DNA of 41,378 nt. Source: Campylobacterales bacterium. GTDB lineage: Bacteria; Campylobacterota; Campylobacteria; Campylobacterales; Sulfurimonadaceae. The position numbers and the translations under genes are program-made. Shown here in pieces: positions 31,662 through 40,881 of this stretch (the first letter of the stretch is position 1; each line of letters begins with the position of its first letter). Below the pieces are notes generated by a model, which was not told the DNA's origin, made no database searches, and worked only from the letters and a program-made list of their open reading frames with translations. The stretch spans positions 1 to 41,378 of the forward strand of contig JBBRBK010000012.1 of NCBI GenBank assembly GCA_038205935.1. Reading direction: 5' to 3'.

Positions 31662-32483
31662 TCAAATTCCTAATACTTTAATTGCACTTCGTATGACCGG
31701 TACCATTGTCATCTCAACTGCTTTATTTAGATTTAGCGGTTGCATCGTCATCTTAATTGCCATTGAATATGGATAATGTTTTTTAGCTAGTCCGTTTAAT
31801 TCTTTTTTAAATGATTCATAATATGATAGTTCAAATTTACCTTCATGCTCCATTTCATAGATGCTTTGATATCCCATTTCGACATCTTCACTGCTGACTT
31901 CTTTCAAGCGCTGCGCGATCACTTTCAGTATCTCTGTTCGTCCTAGATTTTCATTTTGATTATAGTATTTGAAATAGCGGTCAAAGTAGTTGTAGTGATT
32001 AACCTCATCTTTATAAATGTAGTGTGACAAACCTGCTAGTATCGGTTCATCAAAACTTTTTGCATAACTTTCAAACGCTTTATACATGGTAGAAGTCCCC
32101 GTTTCGACTATCATCCTTGCAAGCATTTCTAAAGCGCGTGTAGACTGAAACGAATCTGTATTACAAAACGGCAAGTAAAGCTCCAAAAATCTTTCATATG
32201 CCTTTTGCCAGAGAAAATCAGGCCATACATGTAAGATATATGCCCTCAACGCTTTGCCGTGTTGTACCTCTTCGTTTTGCCAACTTTCATTTATCCAACT
32301 AACGGCTTCTGGGTTGTCACTATAGTAGTCTGAAAGATTTTTTGCATAAGTTTCTGAGGTTATTTCAATGAACGATGCAATCGTAAGCAGATAAAAAAGA
32401 AATCGGTTTTTTTTAACTTTTGTGGTATCTATAGAATCATAGTCTATATCTTTTGTATAATCCCATCTTGCCATAACAGTCAC
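31662..32483 (-). CDS. Ferritin-like diiron protein (acyl-ACP desaturase-like ligand spacing)
   Basis: FIEITS...EEVQHG and VETGT...DEVNH give two E-(x)n-ExxH half sites. Start may be ATG 32474. Confidence 0.8.
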   Translation of the reverse strand: MTVMARWDYTKDIDYDSIDTTKVKKNRFLFYLLTIASFIEITSETYAKNLSDYYSDNPEAVSWINESWQNEEVQHGKALRAYILHVWPDFLWQKAYERFLELYLPFCNTDSFQSTRALEMLARMIVETGTSTMYKAFESYAKSFDEPILAGLSHYIYKDEVNHYNYFDRYFKYYNQNENLGRTEILKVIAQRLKEVSSEDVEMGYQSIYEMEHEGKFELSYYESFKKELNGLAKKHYPYSMAIKMTMQPLNLNKAVEMTMVPVIRSAIKVLGI

Positions 32484-32623
32484 CTTCTTTTATAAAGTCA
32501 CTTCATAATAATATTCGGTTTAAAAAGTTATTAATTCGTACATTCTACTCCATATTTATTAATATTCTCACAAAAATATTATTGTAAAAAAAAATGAATG
32601 TTGTGATGATAAAAAGAAAAGTT

Positions 32624-32645
32624 TTCCCAAGCTCAAAGCTTGGAA
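32624..32645 (-). terminator. Probable gatA terminator
   Basis: TTCCAAGCT-TTG-AGCTTGGGAA on the minus strand, followed by AACTTTTCTTTTT. Confidence 0.65.
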
Positions 32646-32667
32646 TTAAAGAGGTTCAAAAGAGAGA

Positions 32668-34014
32668 TTAAGAGTTGTAGTTTATTTGTTTTTCTAAGCT
32701 AAGTGCACCATCAAAGAGTCTTTGTTCATCGTATGCTTTTGCAATCAACTGAAGTCCTATTGGCATTCCGCTTTGTGTATTTGCAACTGGCAAAGAGATA
32801 GCAGGAAGTCCGGCAAGATTTACCGAAATAGTGTAGATATCACTTAGGTACATTTCTATCGGGCTTGAAAGTTCACCAAATTTATTCGCCACAGTTGGAG
32901 CAACAGGAGAAAGTATAAGATCGACATCTTCAAATATCTTCGCATAGTTATCTTTGATAAGATGACGAACTTTTTGCGCTTTTACATAGTAAGCATCGTA
33001 GTATCCTGAAGATAAAACGAAGTTTCCAAGCATGATACGACGTTTGACTTCATCGCCAAAACCTTCACTTCTTGTTTTGATGAAAGTATCTTCAAGGTTT
33101 TTACCGACTTTACGGTTTCCATAACGGATACCATCATATCTAGCTAAGTTGGTTGTCGCTTCCGCAGTTGCCGTGATATAGTATGCTGAGATGTCGTATT
33201 TAGGATTCATCATCTCTTTTTCTACGATAGTATGTCCAGCAGCTTTTAATGCTTCAATCGTATCAGCGTATGCTTTTTGTATATCATCACTTGCATCTTT
33301 GACATACTCAGGAAGTACTGCAATGCGAAGCTTTCTAGTTGCGTCAAGCTTATCACTTACTTTTTCATAAGCAATGTCCGCACTTGTAGAATCTTTTTCA
33401 TCGTGTCCGCAGATGATGTCATAAAGTATCGCCGCATCTTCGACGTTTTGTGTCATCGGCCCGATCTGATCAAGACTTGACGCATACGCACCCAAACCAT
33501 AACGGCTTACACGTCCATAAGTCGGCTTCATCCCAACTATCCCACAAAATGCTGCAGGCTGACGAATAGATCCACCCGTGTCACTTCCCAGTGCCGCGAT
33601 CGCAAGACCTGCAGCCACAGCCGCCGCACTTCCACCTGAACTTCCACCAGGAACACAATCACGGTTTTTTGGATTTAAAGTCTTGCCGTAAAAACTGCTC
33701 TCCGTTGTAGAACCCATTGCAAATTCATCCATATTTGTACGACCAAATGGGCTAAGCCCCGCTGAAAGCATCTTCTCGATGACTGTTGCGTTATATGGGG
33801 AAATGTAGCCTTGAAGGATATTTGAGCCTGAAGTCACAGACCAATCTTTGACTTGGATATTGTCTTTAATAGCGATAGGCACGCCCTCGCCTACATTGTT
33901 AACATCAATATACGCGTTGAGTTCTGGATCAGCCTCGATCTTCGCTTTTAACTCATCTTTAAATTTTTTCAGTTCATCTTTACTAAGAGATAATGCTTCT
34001 TTTAATGTAATCAC
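32668..34014 (-). CDS. gatA: Asp/Glu-tRNA amidotransferase subunit A
   Basis: [44 protein letters not shown]. Confidence 0.96.
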   Translation of the reverse strand: MITLKEALSLSKDELKKFKDELKAKIEADPELNAYIDVNNVGEGVPIAIKDNIQVKDWSVTSGSNILQGYISPYNATVIEKMLSAGLSPFGRTNMDEFAMGSTTESSFYGKTLNPKNRDCVPGGSSGGSAAAVAAGLAIAALGSDTGGSIRQPAAFCGIVGMKPTYGRVSRYGLGAYASSLDQIGPMTQNVEDAAILYDIICGHDEKDSTSADIAYEKVSDKLDATRKLRIAVLPEYVKDASDDIQKAYADTIEALKAAGHTIVEKEMMNPKYDISAYYITATAEATTNLARYDGIRYGNRKVGKNLEDTFIKTRSEGFGDEVKRRIMLGNFVLSSGYYDAYYVKAQKVRHLIKDNYAKIFEDVDLILSPVAPTVANKFGELSSPIEMYLSDIYTISVNLAGLPAISLPVANTQSGMPIGLQLIAKAYDEQRLFDGALSLEKQINYNS

Positions 34015-34108
34015 TAAATTTCCTATCTTTATAAATTAATCACACGATTATATCTAAACGTTTATATCATTTTTCTTTTATTGTTTTTAAGTGTTTTATT
34101 GTTCTACA

Positions 34109-35935
34109 CTAATGTAATTGCGAACTCTTTTTAAGCTCTAAAATCAATTCTTTTTGTCTGTCATATATGTACTGGATCAAAAGAGAATCATGTGTGTTGT
34201 ACTCTTCTATGTCACAAATAATCTTACATGTATCTTGAGTGCTTTCCATAATCACAGCGGTTACTTTTCCTTCTACGTTAAGTCTACTAAACCCTAGTTC
34301 AGCTTTAGGATTTGGCATGTTAAAACCAAGAGAAACATTTTCATTTTGAATTGTATCTATGAGTGGTATGTATTTTGTATATATAGCTATTGATTTTATT
34401 GATAAGTCTAGAATATATCCATTTAAACTAGCTCCGTTTACAAGTAAAGATATTGGTGTTTTATTTGATGTTGTAACTCTTGAATATCTTCTAGCATTGA
34501 TATTTGTATCTAAAAATTTAAATTTTTCTAGCATTACAATTCTTCTTGCCAAATCTATTTTTTTCACTCTAGCTTCAATATCATGAAGGAAAACAGGTGA
34601 TTGTAAAATTGTTCTTTTATCAAGATTAATAACGACCCCTTGCAGTGCTTCAAAGCGTATGGTTATAGTGTCTTTAGCAATGCTAAGAATTTTAGATGGA
34701 GTATTTATAACCAAGCCATGATAAATATTTAAAAGTTTAATTTCACTTGAGTATTTAAAAGCATCCTCTAAAAGGCTTTTTTCATCAATAATACTCTCTA
34801 ACTTACTAATATGTTTAATCTTGATAGAGTTTTGCTCTTCTTGCGATAAATCTGCTTTCATAATATTATTGAAAGTGGAAAGAATCTCACTAAGATCAAG
34901 ACTATTGAGGTTCATTGTATACATATCTATTAATGGCTTGTACATTTGAGACGAGATATAGTTTATAATCTGAGCATTGATATTATTAGCTAGATTATTT
35001 ATCTCTTCGTCATTCATTCCCTCAAAAAGTATTACATAAAAATTTATGGCTATCTCTGAAAAAATAACTTTTTTTTCTAGTATTGATTTGATAAAACCTA
35101 GTAAATCTATCAATAGCTCTTCTAAAGGAAGAACCGCTAACTCGTTTTGTAACTTTTCAAAGTTTTGTATGTTTATGGTGATTGCATCGAAGCCATTATT
35201 GACTATATCCTTTTGCAACAGCTTCTCTTTTAGTAACTCTACAAAATTAATTCTGCTTGAAATCAAATCTACTGCACTCTCTTTTAAAGAGCCGAGTTCA
35301 TCAACATATAGAATTTTTATATTATTTGTAAGACTTACACAAGTGACACTATATTTTTTAGGAGGACCATTCTTTATAGAAATTGCTCTCTCAATTTCAC
35401 CATCTTTACTCAGTAAACTTTGAACATCCAGCTGATTTAAAATAGTGTTTTGATAACTTTCTAAAGTTTCACATCTAAAATCTTTTAAAAGTTTGCTGCT
35501 GACCTGTTCTAAGCTCATATTTTTGTAAATCATAAAACTCAGTGTCGCAAAATCTGCTTTTCCGACTAGTTGTTGAAGAGTCTTTTCAGTAAAAGTTTTT
35601 TGATCTTCTACTATTCTTTCTATAGCTTTTTGTGTGTCCATATTTTGAAGTATTAAGTTTTTTGCATTCAACAGATAAGAGAGTTGGAAAAACATTAGGT
35701 TATGTTTTTGTGGAACTATAAAGTATATAAGAGAGTGGAGCTTTTGTTTAAATAGCTCTCTTAGTTTTAAGGAAATATCTTTATCAACTTCTTCAAGTTC
35801 AATAACATATGTATCATAATCATCAATCTCATGACATACATTCATATCAACTGAAACACTATTTTTAAAATACTCCAATATAGCCTTCACATGATGTGAA
35901 GTTGAATGTTTATAATAAAGATGACAAAGACTCAT
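34109..35935 (-). CDS. PilZ-domain protein with central degenerate GGDEF-like region
   Basis: C-terminal RRYSR (RxxxR) and DLSIKS; terminal helix YIYDRQKELILELK; LLNIYHGLVI pre-PilZ segment. Confidence 0.75.
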   Translation of the reverse strand: MSLCHLYYKHSTSHHVKAILEYFKNSVSVDMNVCHEIDDYDTYVIELEEVDKDISLKLRELFKQKLHSLIYFIVPQKHNLMFFQLSYLLNAKNLILQNMDTQKAIERIVEDQKTFTEKTLQQLVGKADFATLSFMIYKNMSLEQVSSKLLKDFRCETLESYQNTILNQLDVQSLLSKDGEIERAISIKNGPPKKYSVTCVSLTNNIKILYVDELGSLKESAVDLISSRINFVELLKEKLLQKDIVNNGFDAITINIQNFEKLQNELAVLPLEELLIDLLGFIKSILEKKVIFSEIAINFYVILFEGMNDEEINNLANNINAQIINYISSQMYKPLIDMYTMNLNSLDLSEILSTFNNIMKADLSQEEQNSIKIKHISKLESIIDEKSLLEDAFKYSSEIKLLNIYHGLVINTPSKILSIAKDTITIRFEALQGVVINLDKRTILQSPVFLHDIEARVKKIDLARRIVMLEKFKFLDTNINARRYSRVTTSNKTPISLLVNGASLNGYILDLSIKSIAIYTKYIPLIDTIQNENVSLGFNMPNPKAELGFSRLNVEGKVTAVIMESTQDTCKIICDIEEYNTHDSLLIQYIYDRQKELILELKKSSQLH

Positions 35936-36035
35936 GAACTAATCCTATATTTATAAATAATCCAATCATACATAAAGTTTTTTTTTACTAAACAATATGT
36001 AAATTGTGATAAAGAATACGGATTGTATCTAAAAC

Positions 36036-36866
36036 TTATTCCATATGTTTGATACGTATTCTTTTTGCAACCCGTTTAAACGATTCTTCATTATAAGAAT
36101 GTTTTTGAAGTATTTCAAGAGCTTTATTGATTGAGTTTTCAGTCAATTGCTCTTGAGCATTGATGGCTATGCGGACTACATGTAAGGGAAAAACGATATC
36201 TTTCATTTCATCTGGTATCTCTTCATCCTCACTATCTAAATATTTCATAGAATCAGAAAAGCTTGCATGTAGGTTCATATGCTCAAAAATGAGAGCATTC
36301 ACATGTGCCGTGGTCATGGCAACATATTTGTTTTCCACAGAAGATATATCTTTAGATTCCAATAAATCATTGTAAAAATCTTGATCTTTTTGATCTTGCA
36401 AAACATCTTTTGCAATTAAAATTTTTCCAGTTTCCATCAAAAAAGCGATAGGCGTGACGATTCTTGCTATATTTATATTGACTGCCATATACCATTGAAA
36501 AATAAATTCACTTTGCATGATCGAGATTTTTGAGAACTCCGAAGTTGTGATACCGTATGGAGATAAATTTATATCAAACCCTCTTTGAATACATATACCA
36601 AGAACAATGGAACGAATTTGAGTATGTCCAAACAGCGTAACTGCTTGTAAAATCGAGACGATACTTTTGCTAAATCCATACATCGGAGCATTCACTTTTG
36701 AGAGAATCCCTGCCGTTAAAGATGGATCTTTCTCAATAATAGCAATAAGATCATCAATATTTGGATCACCTTGTGCAAAAAGATTTTCAATTTTTAAAAC
36801 AGACTCAGGAAGAGGAGGAAGGGAATTGACCTGTTCAATAATATAGTTATATGGCAAAATATGCAC
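36036..36866 (-). CDS. HDOD-domain protein
   Basis: LPPLPE, IEKDPSLTAGILSKVNAPMYG, QAVTLFG. Confidence 0.88.
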   Translation of the reverse strand: MHILPYNYIIEQVNSLPPLPESVLKIENLFAQGDPNIDDLIAIIEKDPSLTAGILSKVNAPMYGFSKSIVSILQAVTLFGHTQIRSIVLGICIQRGFDINLSPYGITTSEFSKISIMQSEFIFQWYMAVNINIARIVTPIAFLMETGKILIAKDVLQDQKDQDFYNDLLESKDISSVENKYVAMTTAHVNALIFEHMNLHASFSDSMKYLDSEDEEIPDEMKDIVFPLHVVRIAINAQEQLTENSINKALEILQKHSYNEESFKRVAKRIRIKHME

Positions 36867-36953
36867 CTTTAAATAATGTTATTTTTGTCGATATCAAAAG
36901 ATGATTTTCTAGAACAAAATATTCGTCTATTTATATCTAATTTCTACTTTTTT

Positions 36954-38441
36954 TTAAGAATTAATGATATATAACTCTTCACTCATCTTTTTAAACTCCC
37001 AAATATCATTCACAACCGCATCTAAAAAAGCCTCATCATGGCTGATGATAAGGATTGTTCCATTGTATTCTTTTAAAGCCGATTCAAGTGAAATGATCGA
37101 ATCTAAATCCATGTGATTTGTTGGTTCATCGAGAATAATCAGTGATGGATTTTGTAAAAGTCCTTTTGCTATCATTAATTTTCTTGTCTCTCCGGGACTT
37201 GGGATAAAACTATCTTGCAGTTTTATGGGGTCTGATGAGAGTTTTCTAATTATGGTATATATCTCACCTTTTACGTCGTTTGGCAAGTCATTTATCTCGA
37301 CAAAAAGTTCTTTACTTTGCTCTTGTGTAAGCTCTTGAGGTATGTATAAATAGTCATCTTTTAGATCACTCGTAGCTAATATATGATTTATAAAACTACT
37401 TTTCCCAGAACCATTTTCACCAATGATACCGATTTTGTCATATTCATTTATGCTCAGTGTTTGATATGATAATTTTTTAGTTTCTGATAATTGCAATGTA
37501 TCCTTAGCAATAACAATAGGAAAAATTCTTTTAGATCTGTCTGCCTTAAATTCGATGCCGAGGGCATAGGTCTTGTCCGTTTTTATGGTATTTGAGAGTA
37601 GCTGTTTTTGTTTTGATTGTAGTTTTGTTATCGCTTGACCATCATTTTTATCTTTGCCTGTCAATCTGGCTAAATTAATTTTACTTTTACCGTCGCTATC
37701 ATTTTTATCTAAGCCTTTTTTCGAAAATCTTTTTTTAGATTGATCGACTTTTTCTTGTTGGGAGTGTAGTGCTTTTTTGAGTTTCTTTAATTCTGTATTT
37801 TGTTTGACTTGGTTTTTTTCTAAAAACTCTAACTCTTTATTATATTCATTCATAGCATTTGTATATGAAGTTTTAAAGGTGATTGTCTTTGCATTTTTTA
37901 GTATCACTGTAGATTTCGTCAGATTATCCAACAACCCTCTGTCATGACTTACCAATATGCCAATGCCTTTAAAACTTTTAAGTGCATGGAGTACGATATT
38001 TTTACTTTTCATATCTAAATGGTTTGTAGGCTCATCTACAAGTAACACATCAGCCTCTTCGAACAATGCAACTCCAAGTTGTACTCTTTTTCGCTCTCCA
38101 TGAGAAAGCTCATCCCATTGATAAAGCCAAGAATCTTTTATCCCTAAAAGCTCTTTGATTTTAAAAGATTTACTCTTACATGTAAGCATAAACTCTTCAA
38201 GATTTTCTGGCGGGAATTCTGTACTTTGAGGACAGTAATACGTTAAATCATTCCCTTTTATCGTCTGCGTATCATTTTTAATATCTTTTGAAATAAGTTT
38301 TAAAAGCGTACTTTTCCCAGAACCATTTGAGCCGACGATACAACTCCAACCCTCTTCAAATTCAATAGTAAGATTTTCAAAAATGGGTAAGCTAGAATTT
38401 TTATATTTAAAGTATAAATTTTTGATTGTTAAGTATTGCAT
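36954..38441 (-). CDS. ABC-F-type dual-cassette ATPase
   Basis: Start moved to ATG 38441 (GAAGG RBS). Two Walker A motifs (GSNGSGKST, GENGSGKSS), two DEPTNH, SHD switches, a coiled linker and no TM segments. Confidence 0.85.
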   Translation of the reverse strand: MQYLTIKNLYFKYKNSSLPIFENLTIEFEEGWSCIVGSNGSGKSTLLKLISKDIKNDTQTIKGNDLTYYCPQSTEFPPENLEEFMLTCKSKSFKIKELLGIKDSWLYQWDELSHGERKRVQLGVALFEEADVLLVDEPTNHLDMKSKNIVLHALKSFKGIGILVSHDRGLLDNLTKSTVILKNAKTITFKTSYTNAMNEYNKELEFLEKNQVKQNTELKKLKKALHSQQEKVDQSKKRFSKKGLDKNDSDGKSKINLARLTGKDKNDGQAITKLQSKQKQLLSNTIKTDKTYALGIEFKADRSKRIFPIVIAKDTLQLSETKKLSYQTLSINEYDKIGIIGENGSGKSSFINHILATSDLKDDYLYIPQELTQEQSKELFVEINDLPNDVKGEIYTIIRKLSSDPIKLQDSFIPSPGETRKLMIAKGLLQNPSLIILDEPTNHMDLDSIISLESALKEYNGTILIISHDEAFLDAVVNDIWEFKKMSEELYIINS

Positions 38442-38458
38442 AAAGATAGACCTTCGTA

Positions 38459-39037
38459 TTAATGAAGATTTTGAATGAGCATTTGCTCTTCTTCTAGTGA
38501 AAGGTAACGCCACTGACCACTTTGGATGTCAAGCTTAAAACTACCGATGCTGATTCGGCTCAGCTCTAAGACCTTTAAGGGCGTTCCAAATTTTGGGTCT
38601 TTTAGCGCTCCAAAAAGCCGGCGAATATGCCGATTTTTTCCTTCGTCTATTTGGACTCTGAGTTTTGTCTTTGCGCCACCCATACCTATCTTTTCGACTA
38701 CAAGAGCTTTTAGCAGTTCGTCCTTGCTTTGCACCCCTTTTAAAGCTTGTGCAATATGTTCATCGCTCACATGACCTCTCACCCAGATCTCATATATCTT
38801 CACGCAACCACCAGGTTTGGTCAACACATTGCCGATTTTCCCCTCAGTCGTGAACAACAAAAGCCCTTTAGATTCAAGGTCAAGACGTCCGATAGGCATC
38901 CATCCATCATCAAAAACCCAATCAGGTAAAAGATCATAAACCGTTTTCCGCCCAAGATCATCTGAACGTGTGACCAAATACCCCTTAGGCTTATTGAGTG
39001 CTAACAGTTTTTTTGAATCATCCGTTGTGCTATTCAT
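38459..39037 (-). CDS. RsuA/RluE-family pseudouridine synthase lacking an S4 domain
   Basis: LNKPKGY, GRLDLESKGLLLFT with the catalytic Asp, EGKNRHIRR, RISIG. Confidence 0.9.
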   Translation of the reverse strand: MNSTTDDSKKLLALNKPKGYLVTRSDDLGRKTVYDLLPDWVFDDGWMPIGRLDLESKGLLLFTTEGKIGNVLTKPGGCVKIYEIWVRGHVSDEHIAQALKGVQSKDELLKALVVEKIGMGGAKTKLRVQIDEGKNRHIRRLFGALKDPKFGTPLKVLELSRISIGSFKLDIQSGQWRYLSLEEEQMLIQNLH

Positions 39038-39342
39038 CGGGTATTTTCCTTCTTGCTTTCATCTTTTAGTGCCCTATCGCCTGCTAAAAAACCAGAATCA
39101 GATAACGGAGGAACATCGCAACTTAACGCATCTTTCACCCTTGCAATTTTCTGAAACTCCGTTGTTAAGTAGACAACCACGCTGCAATGCAATCCTGCAG
39201 ATTCATGCCGATAAAGTGCCAACATGCCCTCTGTTCTACCGTCTGCTTCATAAACATTTGATAAAAAAACCTTCATCTGCGAAAGTGCTTCATCCGCTAA
39301 CATAGCATCACCTAAGTTTATCTTGAACCAGCTAGTTATCAT
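39034..39342 (-). CDS. Conserved hypothetical protein
   Basis: WFKINLGDAMLA...RHESAGLHC...CDVP...LAG; 4-nt ATGA overlap with the pseudouridine synthase gene. Confidence 0.7.
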   Translation of the reverse strand: MITSWFKINLGDAMLADEALSQMKVFLSNVYEADGRTEGMLALYRHESAGLHCSVVVYLTTEFQKIARVKDALSCDVPPLSDSGFLAGDRALKDESKKENTR

Positions 39343-39358
39343 AGGTTTTGCCTTTTTC

Positions 39359-39378
39359 GCTTCAAGTATTTGTTATGT
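39359..39378 (-). mobile_element. Truncated attC (R'' and L'' half only)
   Basis: Minus strand ACATAAC-AAATA-CTTGAAGC, 16 nt after a stop codon, with the same 7-5-8 geometry as the intact attC. No L'/R' half. Confidence 0.5.
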
Positions 39379-39394
39379 GATATTTATATATAAA

Positions 39395-39808
39395 TTATTT
39401 TTTCAACTTTTCTAACATATCATACACAGACTTTTGTCCATCTGTAGTATTTATAAGAGATTGTGTCATAGCCTTACCAAATGAACATTGAGGCATACGC
39501 AATTCATCCGATTTTTTTCTCTCACGAGCTATATCATGTGCCGTCATATCAATTGCATATTGATGATATTGTGATTCTTTGAGTAGTTTTGTAAATTCAG
39601 GATATGTTTCTTCAAAATTTACAATTATCGTTTTAAAAGAATCAACTTCTTTATCTGGGCATACTTGCAACATGCCATATGTCACTTGATACATACGTGA
39701 GACAATATGTCTTTTGTCTTTTTCAATCTTAGTCAACTCTTCTGCCATCCCATCGCTTAAAAAAAGTATTGAAAGTATTAAAAGTCTTAAAATATTATTA
39801 CTTTTCAT
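39395..39808 (-). CDS. Secreted hypothetical protein, cassette-like
   Basis: Start moved to ATG 39808 (AAGGA RBS); signal peptide MKSNNILRLLILSILFLSDGMA; two Cys. Confidence 0.65.
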   Translation of the reverse strand: MKSNNILRLLILSILFLSDGMAEELTKIEKDKRHIVSRMYQVTYGMLQVCPDKEVDSFKTIIVNFEETYPEFTKLLKESQYHQYAIDMTAHDIARERKKSDELRMPQCSFGKAMTQSLINTTDGQKSVYDMLEKLKK

Positions 39809-39863
39809 CCTTATCCTTTTATTTTTTTTTACTATTTTGATGATTTTCAAGAAGTCTGTTTTT

Positions 39864-39950
39864 CTCGCTCACATGCTTTGCTTGGGAGTGTATACTTTTG
39901 CTTATTTCATTTTTACATGTAGGCATTCCCAAGTCCAACTTGGGAACGAG
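39864..39950. repeat. Inverted REP-like doublet (REPIN/MITE-like, 87 bp)
   Basis: Right arm GTAG-GCA-TTCCCAAG-TCCAA-CTTGGGAA-CGAG (39919-39950). Left arm 39864-39895 is an inverted copy with 22/32 identity. Confidence 0.65.
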
Positions 39951-39958
39951 TATGTCAT

Positions 39959-40192
39959 TTATGACTTGAGTCTTTGAGATATTTTTTTGAAAACTTCATC
40001 TCCATCAACTAATGTAACGGTATTTGATTCAATCTCTTGTTTTCTTTTGTTGGCTTCTTTTATCCATAATTTATCTATTTCAGTGTTTAAAGGTGTGATA
40101 CTAGCTAATATCTTATCAACAATTTTAGCTTTCAAATCTATTGGTAAAATATCTATCTCGTCAAAAAGTTGTTCTTGTTTTAAAGCTAACAT
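39959..40192 (-). CDS. Putative addiction-module antitoxin (TIGR02574-like)
   Basis: LPIDLKAKIVDKILASI...IDKLWIKEANKR...VDGDEVF; ATG 40192 with GGAG RBS. Confidence 0.8.
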   Translation of the reverse strand: MLALKQEQLFDEIDILPIDLKAKIVDKILASITPLNTEIDKLWIKEANKRKQEIESNTVTLVDGDEVFKKISQRLKS

Positions 40193-40394
40193 AATAAACT
40201 CCAATATTTAAAATTCTCATCATTTTAATTATATCTTGCGCATCTTGTTTTATAACTGTCATGCACTTTCTGTTTCCTTGTATTATAGCACATTGTTTTT
40301 TTATGAGTATAACATTTGAGGAGAGCAAACTGTCATCAGAATGTCGAATTTTGAATATAATTAATTGGTATACTGTCCCCGGATTTTTAGATAT

Positions 40395-40574
40395 TTACCA
40401 TTGTTTGATTCTATGTTCCATCTCTTTGCTTGAAATGGTTTTACCATTTTTAGAATCTTCTAAACCTTTTTTTATCATTCTATCAAATGCAAGTTCTTTT
40501 ATAATTTCATCATAAGAAGTGTCTACTGGAAGTGAGTTTATGATTTTTTTTGCCATAATAGTAGGTGAAGTCAT
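40395..40574 (-). CDS. Putative type II antitoxin
   Basis: IINSLPVDTSYDEII...IKKGLEDSKNGKTISSKEM...W is typical of partners of ParE/RelE toxins. TGCTAAAAT promoter at 40612-40604. Start could be 40586, 40574 or 40556. Confidence 0.7.
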   Translation of the reverse strand: MTSPTIMAKKIINSLPVDTSYDEIIKELAFDRMIKKGLEDSKNGKTISSKEMEHRIKQW

Positions 40575-40642
40575 AGTTAACCCCATTATTTAAAATATAC
40601 ACCATTTTAGCAAAATGATGTATATTTTATCATTAAATAAAA

Positions 40643-40801
40643 CTATTCAACAATTTTAAGTGTGATTAATAAAAAAGTATGTCTCTCAACTTTTTTATTG
40701 TCAAACCAAATACAAGCCGCAGAATCATCGTCAATTTCTTCAATTGTCATGATTTCACCACCTGATTTTAATTGTACTGTATCGCCAGCATTAAAACTCA
40801 T
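40643..40801 (-). CDS. YodC/DUF2158-family small protein (52 aa)
   Basis: Not in ORF track. MSFNAGDTVQLKSGGEIMTIEEIDDDSAACIWFDNKKVERHTFLLITLKIVE* matches the GDxVxLKSGGxxMT...CxWF pattern; AAGG RBS. Confidence 0.85.
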   Translation of the reverse strand: MSFNAGDTVQLKSGGEIMTIEEIDDDSAACIWFDNKKVERHTFLLITLKIVE

Positions 40802-40881
40802 TATTTAGACCTTAATTTAAATTTACCGATTTACTTTCATAAATAGGCATATTCAAACTTCCAGATTATGTGGCTTCTTGG

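Noticed and set aside
38442..38513. N-terminal extension of the ABC-F ORF given in the track
   Set aside because: It overlaps the pseudouridine synthase 3' end; ATG 38441 has an RBS and begins the ABC domain.
39382..39395. Palindrome ATTTATATATAAAT
   Set aside because: Pure A/T low-complexity sequence, expected by chance here.
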